Part shown: positions 36,177-49,883 of the stretch, piece after piece
Position numbering within the stretch: position 1 is the first letter of the stretch
Layout: each line of letters begins with the position of its first letter
From: Veleropilina oligotropha
Lineage: Eukaryota
Length of the DNA: 64,000 nt
NCBI GenBank assembly: GCA_048128005.1
Contig: JBEUKZ010000112.1
Location: forward strand, 434,001 to 498,000
Direction: 5' to 3'
Notes under the pieces: generated by a model
Databases searched by the model: none
The model's input: only the letters and a program-made list of their open reading frames with translations
What the model was told of the DNA's origin: nothing
Made by a program: the position numbers and the translations under genes

Positions 36177-38559
36177 AATAATGCTGAATTGTAAATTAAA
36201 ATTTACACATATATCCATTGCTAAGTACAGTATTGATCAAGGCAAAACCAAAATATACAAGTCTATAATTTCTATAATATGTGAATGTTTTACTAAAAGT
36301 TGTTTGATCTTGTTAGCATTTACAGCACAAATTAATAAACTTCTTGATCTTGATGGTCCACGGTATCATGAACAAAATACCTTTACTTACATTTTCAAAT
36401 ATTCTATCCATTGAATGGTTCAAGCCAGAAAAAAGACAAATAAAAAATCAGTTCACACTTTCATTTAATGTCTAGACTCGGTCCTACCATCCTTTGATTT
36501 CCAAAGAAGACTCGCAATATCATATCTGATCATTCTTTGCCTATGAAGGCAGAAAGAGCATTTGCAAAAGAATCAACTTAAAGCTGTAGACATGTATTGA
36601 ATACGAACTCCAAAATAATATAGTAATATCCAATGAAATATATTAAAGCTGCAAAGGGTACCGACTCTGCATTTGAAATAATTTGTGTTATTCTAATATT
36701 CTTTAAATTTGCACATTAGAGCCCTTATTGTCAATATATTAGTATAGCATAAATCAATTGCAACACAATAGTATAGCATAAATTAATTGTTGAGAAGATG
36801 TTGTTATTGGTTCCAAGAATTGTCATGATAAAAATGTTTTACTCGTTTCAAACTTCTGTTCCAAAGTGAGTAAAACATTTTTATCACATAAATTAATTGT
36901 AACACAATATTTGAGTTATGAATCATTCTGTAATAAAGAAGCTATCACAGACCGCCAACACTCACTAATCACATCCAAGGGCATTTAAATTTAAGCAAAC
37001 ATAATATACCAATGCTAAATTAATGTGGGACCAGTTGAGATTAATGGCATTAATTTCAACTAAGAGTTTGCTAGAATTACATGAAAGTATTACAGCATTA
37101 ACCATTAAATACCCCTCATCATTGCGAGATGACATAATCCATTAACGTGGTCGCAACACCTGGGTCATTTGTTGTGGTGGACAATGGTCATACCTGCAGG
37201 TCGGACAATGGTCATACCTGCAGGTCGCTGTCTGATCTGGCTTAGACCCGGATCATCCAGAGTTCGCAAATAAACAAGCCTCAGTCTTTGATCCTTATAA
37301 GTAGGAATAATGGGCATTCAACGAGGTCTATTAGGAAATCATTAGACATGAATCACCATACAATGAAATAGACATTTTAAAGATAACGTCATTTATATTT
37401 CTGTCACATCCATGTACTGTTTCTGATGGCAGATTTACGACGGTTATCGAGCATGCAACACATTTGGACCCAATAAAGTACAATAATTTGGTAAACTGGA
37501 CTCTGGCAGTTTTATATCATAATGATGAAATAATTATTTCAAATCATAATGATCAAATAATTAAATAAATAACAATTAAAATCTAATATTCAACCAAGTA
37601 TCAAGAAAACAGGAACTCGTCACATATTTATCTGATAACATGGAAATTATTTAATTTTGTATCATCAAGATCTTCTCAGCTCTGAAAAGCATTTTATGGA
37701 GACTTTGATATAAAATATGTTTATCATAACTGGACTCAAAGTTAGAGCGAAAAAATTGATGGATATGAATAGATGAAAAATAGGTGAAAAAGGGACAGAA
37801 TCCTCACTGTTGGCACAGGGAACAACAGGCATTAAACGTTTACAGAATAAGAATAATCAGTGATGATAATTGATTTTAGTAAATAAAGCGAGAAATAAAA
37901 CACTAGAAAATGCATATATACAACACATTAATAATCTTGATTATCGTGACTAAGGTAAGCCGAAGGTATCGGTATAATAGTTGAACTTAATTTAACTTTG
38001 TTTCAATTGTTTATAATTTGGAGTTTGATAAAAATTTGCCACATAATCGAAAGCAATTAACCCTTCATGAAAACTGAACTGGTGTTTCAAATGCTCAGTC
38101 ATTGTCTTCACATTCCAGCAAGATTAGGGATCTACGCTATAATACCACTATCAAAACACAGGTATGGACAGGACCAATCAAAGGAAATGGGGCTGGAAGG
38201 CAAAGCTAAGATCCACCAGGTCTTGCATAACCATTACCACATCAATCAGACCTGCTGAAATTGGTTTCATTTACATCAGGAAATGAACCACAGGCAAGTT
38301 TAATGTCTTGAAAACAGACCACGTTTCTGGTGATCCTAATTTCAATACAATGTGGGTGACCTGAATTTCTTCATTTAATTACTTCATTATTACTTAAATT
38401 ATCTTGCAGTTAAGGAGTAACAAATGAACAATAAGAGTCCATAATTAGTTCTTTGGCACAACCACAGACAATTAAGGAATTTTGATCTCTTGAGAGGAGC
38501 ATAAATGGAGATACTTTCAGAAACATTAATTATGCAGTCATATTTACTGATCAATCACA

Positions 38560-39070
38560 ACTTAAATACGAATACCAGATTGATCGATGACACGTCACAG
38601 ATTATGATTGATAGATTCCATGTCCTATGAAGATTTTGAAAAATATCGGAGTCCCAGCCACAGTTAAACACTTCTATCTGAAGGAATCATTGGTTTTTCC
38701 ACAGCACACAGTCACGGTCATTATGCCTCCGTCAATGGTCATCCATCCAAATCGCGGTCAACATTAATTGCTTAACTTCGTTGCTCTGCCGAGAGCCCGT
38801 GCTTAAATACGAATATCAAATTGATCGACGACACGTCACAGATGATGATTGATAGATTGCATGTCCTAAGAATATTTTGAAAAAAATTTCAGTCACATAG
38901 CAGAATCACAACCACGGTTAAACACTTCTATCTGAAGGATGGTTTTTCTACAGCACCCAGTCATCAATGTCCGTCGATGGTCACCCATCCAAACATACCG
39001 ATCGATTTCAACATTAATTGCTTAACTTCGTTGCTGTGAAGAGAACCCGTGCTTTCAGTATCTTTTTGTC
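38560..39070 (-). mobile_element. Tandem pair of degraded 5S-rRNA-derived SINE copies (SINE3/Deu-like)
   Basis: The minus strand has 5S-like blocks TGAAAGCACGGGTTCTC, CGAAGTTAAGCAA (box A), TTGGATGGGTGACC (box C) and GGTGCTGTAG, then CCATCCTTCAGATAGAAGTGTTTAACCGTGG resembling the Deu/Nin core. A unit of about 243 bp is present twice. Confidence 0.65.
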
Positions 39071-40528
39071 CTCGGCGGTCACATATCAATTGGCATCAGA
39101 GATTGGAAAAAAGTAATTGTATAACTTTTGGTAAATTAATTATTCTACGTTGAATTATGAATTGATTTAATGTTGACAAAATTGAATGGTCAATAGAAGT
39201 CGTTGGTGCATAAATATAGAACTTATAGACACGGGGATACGCCGCCAGCGACAGCAATTCATCCGGCGCACAGTCGGTGCTTTGATTGGTCAATTGGAAC
39301 TAATGCTGATGGTCAGCACAGCGTACCAGTAATGGTAAACGTCATGAGAGCTGTGCGTTGACATGTACAAATAAATATACTACTTAATGCCATGATGCAC
39401 GCACATTTATACAATAAATCCTATAATACGTACATCACTCAACAGCCTAATGACAAGCAGTAAACAAACCCAGAGCATTGTGCTACATAAAGAAGTGAAG
39501 ATTTATTGATGCAATCATTTGAATGACATCATTTGTACTCAAAATTATATACCCTGCGGTTAAGATATAGTATTAGTGGCTAAAAGTCTGCATTATAATG
39601 ACAATATATATTATTTATAATGGTTTATAATGGTTTATTGGTTTATTAAAGGGTCAAGTACAACAACAGCAACGTACAACAGAAATAAACCGTTCATTCC
39701 ACTCTCTTATTTGATGCTATGAATTTTTAAACTTATTTTATAAAAATTTTACATTAAAGTATATTTATTTATTAACATAATTTGTGCATTAAACATGCAT
39801 AAAGATCTTCATCTGTCTCTGGTCGTCTGCTGATAGTATGGCATAATGCTATAATTATTCATTTACTTCTCAGATTCAATACATATATATTGTTTTCTAG
39901 CTACATTTGACTTTTAACGGCCTTGACAAAAAAATATTTGAATAATTTACTAAAAACACTTACGGAAATATGACAAAAATGTGTACACTAAATGTCATTG
40001 ACGTGTTTAACTATTTATTGAATCGTCAACAGCCAGTTATTTTTTCTGGCCTATCAGTTAATTGGTCAGTTTTGACAGCACTTAAGTTTTGACACATTGT
40101 TAACTGACCACACTTTACTGGCTTCTGTCCACCAGTTGTGGATCACCAACTGCAATCATTATGCTCTTGTTGTGTGTGGCTAAACACAAAACATCTGCTG
40201 ACCACTTATGTAATTACCTACAGTAAGTATAAACAAAGTTCCCCAGAGTAAATAGTAGAAATATGTAGGTAATGAGACACTATACAGCAATTACATGATA
40301 TAACTGACCACTTACAAGACTAAGCAGTGCCTCACTAGGTGGTCAACCATTAGCATATGGTACCATTGAGGTATATAAAGGTGAATAGACCGAAATGCTT
40401 ACAGAAATAACAAGGCATACTAGAAATTAATTGGATATAAAAGGTCATTTAAATACAGAGCATATTACTATTGTTTCTGTGTTCAATGACCTTCAGACAC
40501 TGACAAAAATATAAAATAATATTTTGAA

Positions 40529-40622
40529 TACAAAATGTCAACATTGTATAAAATGCTGATTAAAATAGCTATAATATAAATGCTATTTTAATCAACATTT
40601 TATACACTGTTGACATTTTGTA
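40529..40622. repeat. Foldback inverted repeat (41-bp arms, 12-nt loop), MITE-like
   Basis: TACAAAATGTCAACATTGTATAAAATGCTGATTAAAATAGC pairs with 40582-40622 with two mismatches. Confidence 0.8.
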
Positions 40623-42329
40623 ATAACAAGAAATTAATAGAACCAATCAAATCCTTGACAATAACTTATGGATTTATAGGAATAAGTGACGTTGTCTATA
40701 AAGTAATTAGTTCACAAATTATTCTGGTTTTAATTCTTGACAGGCAGGACAAAATGAAACAATAACACTTAACTCATTTTATAATGGCTATATCTTTTTG
40801 ATCATAATATTGATATCACATTTATGATTTTCATATATAATAAGTTACACAAGACGTTCTAAATGAATATTTTGCCAAAAGAGACATATAATTTGCAACA
40901 ATGTTACATAAATCTCTATTAGGAGTCAATAACATATCGATCCTATTATATGTGATGTGGATCAGATACAGAATCAAACAAATATTTAACGTTATATCTC
41001 AACTTATAATTACGAGTTATTTATACACTCATAACTCATGAAAAAGGGGATATTTTTGTTCGATACGTGAAATACTAAACATGAGTCATGCTAGTATTTC
41101 GCAATCTTGCAACAAAATTTGCTACATATTGAAATATAACCGCATCACAGATATGAGCATCAACAGTTAGAATTGATGATTACCGACGACTACATCTTCA
41201 TTCATAAATTAAAATGTATAACAACAAAATTACACAAACCTTTTTACTTTGATGGCGATTGGTGTTTACTGCATTGTCAGACACCTGTAATTAATGCAGG
41301 TATACTGACCACTTATCCACTAACCCAGTATATCTTTCTGCGTACAAATCAAAGCAGCCTAATACAGCACTGTCTCAATATCATCACATGATAGTATGGA
41401 TATATATATATACATCTTTACACACATCCATATGATCTGGTAATATCCATTCAATGTGCTTATGGTAAAGACCTGTAATCATATGTCTTATCAAATGAGA
41501 GTGACAAAAACACAACCTGAGGTTAGACCACAGTAACACCCACTGACCACAGAAAACAAGAGCTCTCTGTCCACTGGCAATAAGCACCGAGGGCTTTTGT
41601 GTATTCAAATCATTCAATCAGAGGCCTAGAACAGGGTTTAGCAATTCACATAAACAAATTTACTTTATATTTAGAAACTCAATTATGCATGCTGAGTATC
41701 ATTTGTCATGGGGTATTGTTTTGTCCTGGAAAACAGCTGGGGTCATATTGGGACATGTTGATATTATGATGGAAGGAGCTAGAGTCTGGAATATATTTCT
41801 TTGTGAGCATCTTCCATCTGACATTTTTGCCTGACATGTGCAGAAAGTTATTCAGCTCAACTTGCACACATCCCAGATGCTCTATTCCAGATCGCTGTTA
41901 AAAATGTTGTAGTTAAATTGCAACATTTTATGCCTTAAATATATCTGACTGCAATAGTATACAGCAATCATTCACCAACATTCATCTCAAGTGGTGTCAG
42001 CCTGCAGTCAATGGGCTGGATTATGCACTGTTGTGTTTTCAGTGCACATGGTTATTATCACACCACGGGCCAATAAAAGAAACCATTTATTAGGATCTAT
42101 GGTTATGTAAGTCGACGGGTTCAGTGGAGGGTGGCAAGACTCGTCACCCCGGAACACCGTTTCATTGTGCATACGGGAGCATTGGTGTTCAAGCGCCTTA
42201 AGAGCGCTACTGCTTACATGTAGCACTATGATTACGACGGTAATCTTACACCAAATGACGGTATAATATATCCTGAGGGCAATCAATGGTCTACACAATA
42301 GCACGAAAGCACGAAAACCTTGCACTTAC

Positions 42330-42379
42330 CTGAGAAAAGTATGGAGATACAAAGCTTGGGATTTATTCCCTTCTGGCAT
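42330..42379 (-). CDS. Candidate first coding exon (MPEGNKSQALYLHTFLR) of the host gene
   Basis: AATC-ATG, then 50 coding nt, then CAG|GTAAGT. The phase-2 end splices in frame to the exon at 12388. Confidence 0.45.
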
Positions 42380-43900
42380 GATTAATTTTATTTGATCGAG
42401 ATTTATTGTCCTGTTTAACATCTAGGGTCACATAGGAACACGTCAAAGTTATCGTGGGACCAAGTATATCGAAACCCAGCTTCAGCGGGTATAGCTACCA
42501 GCATTGATAACATGCAATTCTTCACCTGAATCCATACCTTTGAAAACAGTGCAATCAAAAAGATTACTTTGCGATGACTAGCAGCAGAGTATATACAATG
42601 TAGGATTTGCAAATACGTTTCGACTCGACCATCAAGGTGTATTGCAGATAGTATTTATTTGCACCCATAGGGTCCCCTTGTTAAATAAATTATAATACAA
42701 GCTTGTTTTAGTTGACCACCTCATTTTAGAAACACTGAAATATTCCCAATCCAAGCTTGAATCTGTTTGGTATTTTCTCGTATTTTCAATTCAGTTAGAC
42801 AATACAAGAAAAGAGCATCAAATTTAAATTTAGACATTGAAGAGAATAATATTTATCATTTGATATTTTAATGACAATCATTTGCATTGATCTCTTGTGA
42901 CACCTGACAGGTATGCTGCTATCACTTCACTCGTCCTGGTGGACACAACATGCTGCAGTGATCTACAGATACGATGATCTATGCCTGTACCACACCTGAA
43001 GATATCTACGGAAGTTCGCCGTCAACATTGATGGGCAAATCATGTCGAGCTGTCAAATGCAGCGATTGTCAAAGATGAAACGGATTACATCCATAACAGC
43101 GCACACATTCTGTTACCATGGCAACAATATCTGCTGTTTAGAAAGAGGTTGCTAATGAAAATTGAATACATGTATTGAAACTCATATAATTATGAACTTC
43201 GCAAAATAACAAAAAAGGAAAAATTACATCAAAGATGTACGTATATGCATTCCAAATTATCTAACCATTTAATGTAACAATGCCGGGTTGTATTTCACAT
43301 ATAAAACCATAAATTTATGCCTGCATGATCGCATGGTTTGTAGCCAACTTCGCTAAAGCTAGTCGCATTTCTAATACTCTTGGTAGCTCACCCATTGGCA
43401 GGCCGGCTACCGTGCTGTTTACATCTAACATAACATTTCCTTTCTGAATTTCACACCTTCATTCAAACCTAGCTTTATCGCAAGTCAAAAATTGCATAAC
43501 CCCCTGAATTTCTTGTATTAATTATCTTGAAGTTTATTGTCAATACCGATAAAAATGATTTATACCTGAAGGCTCTCTAACCTTACCCCCTGCTTGCCCT
43601 TCGTAGTCAGCTGTAGGTCCTCAGAGAGCGAGGCAATAAATATTTGCTCACAATATTTCACGCTTGGTGGTTGATTTGTAACGTTGTTATACAAAGTGCT
43701 ATAGGTCAATATCCATAACTGCCCAGTGATAGTCAAGTCGCACATCAATGTATGCTTTTATGGACAATTTGTTGCCTTGTAATCGCTTTGTTGCTTTTGT
43801 TCCACACCAGTTAACACTATCGTTCCAAAGCTGTTTTGTTCATTATCGTGATTTCGTTTCAACATAGAGACATTCCGTAGTCATAAGGCTTACTATTGAT

Positions 43901-44500
43901 ACCAGGTAATGGGCAGAATGGGATATGCCATAACACCGATATATACACCAGGTTAATGGGCAGAATGGGATATGCCATAACACCGATATATACACCAGGT
44001 TAATGGGCAGAATGGGATATGCCATAACACCGATATATACACCAGGTAATGGGCAGAATGGGATATGCCATAACACCGATATATACACCAGGTAATGGGC
44101 AGAATGGGATATGCCATAACACCGATATATACACCAGGTAATGGGCAGAATGGGATATGCCATAACACCGATATATACACCAGGTAATGGGCAGAATGGG
44201 ATATGCCATAACACCGATATATACACCAGGTAATGGGCAGAATGGGATATGCCATAACACCGATATATACACCAGGTAATGGGCAGAATGGGATATGCCA
44301 TAACACCAATATATACATGCACCAGGTAATGGGCAGAATGGGATATGCCATAACACCGATATATACAATGCGCATGGGCAGAATGGGATATGCCATAACA
44401 CCGATATATACAATGCGCATGGGCAGAATGGGATATGCCATAACACCGATATATACAATGCGCATGGGCAGAATGGGATATGCCATAACACCGATATATA
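43901..44500. repeat. 45-47-bp minisatellite (about 13 copies), continuing at 46502-46602 beyond a LINE insertion
   Basis: Unit ACCAGGTAATGGGCAGAATGGGATATGCCATAACACCGATATATAC, plus an AATGCGC variant. Confidence 0.95.
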
Positions 44501-46501
44501 ATAATAATAATAATAAACGCTTTATTTTCAGAGGGAGTACAGTTAGCAGAAAAGCCAATCTTCCCCATGTCCCTCCATAACATGAATAAAAATAGACTAG
44601 ACTACAGTAAATAACATACATAACTACAAAACTAAGCAAACTATATACAAGCACAAATACAAGAAGCACAAATACAGGCAACAATTTATCCAATTCAAAC
44701 ATTAAAATATATGAGTGACTTATCATATCCAGATTTTATCACATGGCATGATGCGTAATTGCAAGAAAATCATCATCAATCACTATTATTATTTTTTATA
44801 TAACTTGTATATGCATTCTTGAAAGCATATATATTTTCAGAATTTTTAATATGTTTGGGCAGCTTATTCCATAAGGCGGCCCCTTTGTAAACAAAAGTTC
44901 TCTTTAGTGATTCTGTCTTAGGTTTTGGAAGTTGTAATTTGTTATCAGTTTCAGATCTTAAATGCATGCCAGAATGTTTGATAAATTTAAATTTTTCTGT
45001 CAAATATCTAGGAGCAAGGTTATTCATTGCCTTATACATCAAAATTCCTCTATTAAGTTCAACTCTTTGATTAAAAATGAGCCAACCAAGTGACTGAAAA
45101 AGTTGCTTACTTGAGACATCAAAACCAGCATCTAATATAACTCGAGCAGCTCTCTTTTGCAACCTTTCGATTTGATAAATGTTTGATAATGTAGAGTTTG
45201 CCCAAACTGTGCAACAATAGTCCATTATAGGTAGTATGTAGCTATTATAAAAGAGTTTTCTCATGTGGATTGGCAGGTACTTTTTTATGCGCCTTAACAG
45301 GGAAATTCTGGAAGATATTAGAGAGCAAGTTTGATCAATATGTGCTGTCCAAGTCATGTTTTCATCAATGTGAACACCAAGAAGTTTTTCGGAAGTTGTG
45401 TTCTTTACAGCGGTATTTCGAAGTACAATGGACCGTTCTGAATTACATTTATTTAGCTTCTGTTTGCTTCCAATACGCATTAATTTAGTTTTTTCTATAT
45501 TGATTATCATACCATTATTATCACACCATTTATTAACATTATCTAGATCTTTACTTAAGTTCTCAGTTATAATTTTATCATTTGATCCAGAAGTGTGCAA
45601 AGTTGCATCATCAGCATAAAGTTCACTTTTACATGATTTAATACACAGTGGGAGATCATTTATATATATAAGAAATAAGATAGGTCCTAGGATGGAGCCC
45701 TGTGGAACGCCACTACTAATGGAAGTTAAATCAGAATGGCTATTTCCAATACATACCTTCTGTTTTCTGCCATATAAATAAGACTTAAACCAATCTAAAG
45801 ATAATTGATTAACTTCATAGAGATTAAGCTTCCGTAACAGCAAGTCATGATCTACCAAATCAAACGCCTTTGTTAAATCGACAAGTAAAGTGCCAGTGAC
45901 ATTTCCATTGTCTATATCAATTAACCAGTCATCAGTAATTTTTGTTAAAGCGGTTTGACATGAGTGCTTACCACGAAAACCTGATTGACATTTATTTAAA
46001 AGATCTTTATCGCTTAAATAGTTTTGTAGTTGCTTCCCAACATGTTTCTCAAGTAATTTCGAAAGAGTGGGAAGAATAGATATAGGACGATAATTTTCGC
46101 ACTTTGTTCTACTACCTTTCTTGTGAATGGGCATTATTCTAGCTTGCTTAAAAGAGATTGGAAATTTAGATTTGCTAATGCTAAGATTAAAAATATAAGT
46201 TACAGAATTGGTAATTATATTTGCTGACAATTTTAATAATTTTGGTCCTATCCCATCAAGTCCTGTAGCTTTAGTAACGTTAAGCTGTTCTAATGCCTTG
46301 GCTACTTCGTGACAGGATATATATTCTATGTTAAATTGATCGAGAGAAGATACTTTATCACGAAGAAAACTAGATAGAGCGGTAAAATCAGAAGTAGTAG
46401 AGACATTTGACTTTAAGGTTGAAACAATATCCTTAAAATATTTATTCATGACATTTGCAATATCTTCATGATTATCAATGATTCCATCCTCAGTTTCGAG
46501 C
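44501..46501 (-). mobile_element. 5'-truncated Crack/L2-group LINE inserted in the minisatellite
   Basis: RT ORF, 3' UTR stem-loop GAGGGA..GGAAGATTGGC..GCTAA..TCCCTC, AATAAA, (TTA)n tail. ATA flanks both ends (44498-44500, 46502-46504). Confidence 0.9.
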
Positions 46502-46503
46502 AT
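44776..46503 (-). CDS. LINE reverse transcriptase (no endonuclease domain), uninterrupted 575 aa
   Basis: KATGLDGI, NYRPISILP, QSGFR, DLTKAFD, GVPQGSILGP, YADD, KLLGV, LWNKLP. Confidence 0.9.
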   Translation of the reverse strand: MLETEDGIIDNHEDIANVMNKYFKDIVSTLKSNVSTTSDFTALSSFLRDKVSSLDQFNIEYISCHEVAKALEQLNVTKATGLDGIGPKLLKLSANIITNSVTYIFNLSISKSKFPISFKQARIMPIHKKGSRTKCENYRPISILPTLSKLLEKHVGKQLQNYLSDKDLLNKCQSGFRGKHSCQTALTKITDDWLIDIDNGNVTGTLLVDLTKAFDLVDHDLLLRKLNLYEVNQLSLDWFKSYLYGRKQKVCIGNSHSDLTSISSGVPQGSILGPILFLIYINDLPLCIKSCKSELYADDATLHTSGSNDKIITENLSKDLDNVNKWCDNNGMIINIEKTKLMRIGSKQKLNKCNSERSIVLRNTAVKNTTSEKLLGVHIDENMTWTAHIDQTCSLISSRISLLRRIKKYLPIHMRKLFYNSYILPIMDYCCTVWANSTLSNIYQIERLQKRAARVILDAGFDVSSKQLFQSLGWLIFNQRVELNRGILMYKAMNNLAPRYLTEKFKFIKHSGMHLRSETDNKLQLPKPKTESLKRTFVYKGAALWNKLPKHIKNSENIYAFKNAYTSYIKNNNSD

Positions 46504-48145
46504 ACAATGTGCATGGGCAGAATGGGATATGCCATAACACCGATATATACACCAGGTAATGGACAGAATGGGATATGCCATAACACCGATATATACAATG
46601 GGCATTCGTCAAGCTTACCTAGCACAGTTGAAATGGCACATCACAAATCATTAATGCATTGTCAAACGTCATTATGGCTACCTAATAAAAACACAGCTTT
46701 ATGCTAACCTTTTGATTGATTATAAAAACTTGACGTAGTCATTAATGTTCCGTACTTTTTGTGTTTCCACTATATAAGCTTGTCACGGCGACTTTGATCT
46801 AAACCGGAATGTGTTGGACACCGACAGACCAGTCACAGGTTTAGTGATACCTTGAGGCAGCATTACATACGCTAAATACGTAAAGCAGACTACTAAGGCT
46901 CGTCAAACAAATTACACGCAGGTGCCTTCAAAACTCACAGGTCAATCAGTATTCAGGCGAGCCATTGGTCAATCCAGACCATCCTCCTATGGAGGCATGG
47001 GTCTTTATTATAGATGTGGTATTATGACGTATGGTATGTTCTTCAAATTGGTTAATGAAGATGCATAATATATCATGCAGAGTGCGAAATGTTCACCTAC
47101 AATCACCATGTAAAATTCACTCGTGACAGAGATATTATTGAAAAAGTTTTGTGTGATCGCAATAATCTGGATGAATGCATGAACGCATTCACACACACAT
47201 ACATATAACATTCATAAATTTTACAAGTCATCGCATATAATATGCATAAGAGTGAAAAATACCACCCACTTAAACAACAGTTTCAAGTATCGATTTTCAA
47301 AAACGATATCTACTATATTATGTTATTGGATATTTACATGTAAATTAAAAAATAAAGTTTGCCATAATTGTAATTTATGACACACTGGAATAATTTATAG
47401 TAGCTAATGACATAATCTAGGCGGGAGCAAGTCAACCTGTTAGTGCATTTCAATTAGTTATGAAATAATATATTCGTAACCTGTGGCAAAAAAGAAAAGT
47501 TAAGACGGTAAATTTGATCAAGATAAGCTATATGTTATCGTTGCATCGTAAGAGCAATCATTACTCAGTTAAGAAAAAACGCACACCTGAGTACTTTATC
47601 CAAAAGTGACGCAGCGAAGACAGCCTCGTATTCACGCCTTTCGGCACGCCAGGAATTTCATATGAATTAATATGCACGATAACATCGGTAACCAATGATG
47701 AGGACTGTAGTTATAGTCGTGAATTTCTGATCAGATTTAATGCCTGACGGTGTGTACATAAAACGGCACAATAGCAGGACCTGGAAACTTGCGTATAAAA
47801 ACAAACACTAGCGGGAGGAGCTTGATAGCTGCGATTTCTATGCATATTTACAAAGCAAACATTTCTGATTCTGGCGCTGTTTATAAATGTATATAAATTT
47901 CAATAGCTATTGTAATGTGTGTACAGCATATCACAATATATATATTAACGCTTCAGGAACAGTGAATGCGTGTCATATAAGAACCGAAATCCCAACATTT
48001 ATATCATTATCAGGGTAATCAGATAGCTATCAGAATGCATGCTTCAATATGAAATACATATATAATAACATTAATACATGCATTTATCGTTAATTGAAAA
48101 ATTAAACTACAATAAAGGATAAATATAAGCACGTAATTGACATAT

Positions 48146-49456
48146 AACTAGAAAAATGTTGCGGCAGGCCACAATAATGCCCGCAGTGGTGGCCTAACAT
48201 GTTATACTAAATTCCATAAATAAAACTGCCAGAGTAACAAGAGCACGCCTTCCGCATTCACTCTGATATAAACTTTAACCAAAATTTCTATGTCCCAACA
48301 CAAAGTTTCTTCAATATTTATACAAAATAATATTCAATATCATTGCTCTAGTCTCTAGACTAAAAGGTGGTATCAATACAAGCAAAACAGAACGGAAATT
48401 CACTCAACTTTAACAAAAATTATATGTCCACAAACACTAATTTCACGTTATTTATATTATAAATCACTTGCAGACGAGGGAACAGCATCAATATAGTCAA
48501 CACTACAGTATATGGATGTAAAACAGTGCCTAGAACAACCCACATGCCCACTGAAAAATTTCAACAAATCTTTAACCAACATTTCTATGTCCACAAACAC
48601 CTATTTTTATGCAATAATTATATTAAATTGAATTCAGCATCACTTCCATAGTATCAGTTGACATTCATATTATCAATACCAAAGCATATATACACCAAAA
48701 TGTTGTTTCAACAACCCATATACACTCAATGAAAAACCTTAAAAAGAAATTTTAACCAAATTTTCTATGTTCAAAAACACCTACATTTATGCAATAATTA
48801 TATTAAATTTTATTCAATCCCACTTACAGAGTACCAGGTGTCATCCATATAATGCCTACAAATGCATATATATGCCAAAAAGTATCATGGTCAAGCTATA
48901 TATACACTCAAATCGAAACTTTAACCAAATTGTTTACGGACGGACGTACGGACGGACATGGCTAACATCAAAGCATATGTATGCAGTGAGTGATACACTC
49001 AATGATAAAATTTCAAGCAGAGCGCAAATCTCTTGAAACAAACCGAATTTTCACTGGAGAGCACACACAAGAATAGTTTTCAAAACAAAATGGCGGCCAT
49101 CCTGAATTTAAAAATGACGAAAATCGTTATTATAACTAACGTGCATACCGAATTTGAATCAAATCGGCATAGAACTTTTCACTGTAGAGCGCACACAAGA
49201 AATATCTTCAAAACAAAATCCGAAAATGGTTAGGCGGCGTATCCTCATCATATATCTAACATGCATACCGAATTTGAATCAAATTGAATTAGAGTACGAG
49301 ATGATATCCTTATAACCAATAACAAAGCATACATACACTACAAAGTCTCAACGGACAACCCACATGCACTCAACGAAAAACTTTAACCAAAATGTTGACA
49401 CCGGACGCTGGACCGTACAGAAACAATATGCCCTTTCGCCTTCGCGCAGGTAATAA
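48146..49456 (-). mobile_element. HINE-like composite, with a nested piece of the 14803-15620 family at about 49000-49290
   Basis: AACTAG end; repeats containing TTTAACCAAA...ATGTCC; (GGAC)n at about 48937-48957; GCATACCGAATTTGAATCAAATC repeats; terminal ATATGCCC...GCAGGTAAT. Confidence 0.6.
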
Positions 49457-49883
49457 TGGAAAATGTGACACTTGTCATTTAAATTAAACTGAAGACCGGA
49501 TATTCATTTTAATTTAGAAATACTGAATTCCAAGTGTCATTTAACTTTCACTGAAGACTGCCATTTCATTTCAATTTTATAAATAGTGTTTAAATTTACA
49601 GCAAGCACAGGTCCTCAGAATGAAAACTTCAATAATTATTCAGTCGGATTGCAGTCAGAAACTCGGTTTTACATCCTTGTCCAATCAGATCTTAAAAAAG
49701 CAAAATTTTAAAGCTTGACTGTCTCACCAATTTACAAGGTTGGTCACATGACTGGAATGTCGTGTGATCAGGATCGTATTTCGTACACTTGATTGCAGTT
49801 TATATAAAAAATCTCGTCTTTTTACAATTGATGCAAATTACTTAATTTACATTACCGATATACCATATGCATTACAAATAAAA

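Noticed and set aside
37179..37226. Short exact tandem duplications (also about 59907-59970)
   Set aside because: Ordinary two-copy slippage events with no further structure.
38940..39070. Functional 5S rRNA gene
   Set aside because: Too diverged, with indels, and continuous with a SINE-like body.
43843..44726. ORFs of 115-257 aa with repeated peptides
   Set aside because: These are translations of the 46-bp minisatellite, open in several frames.
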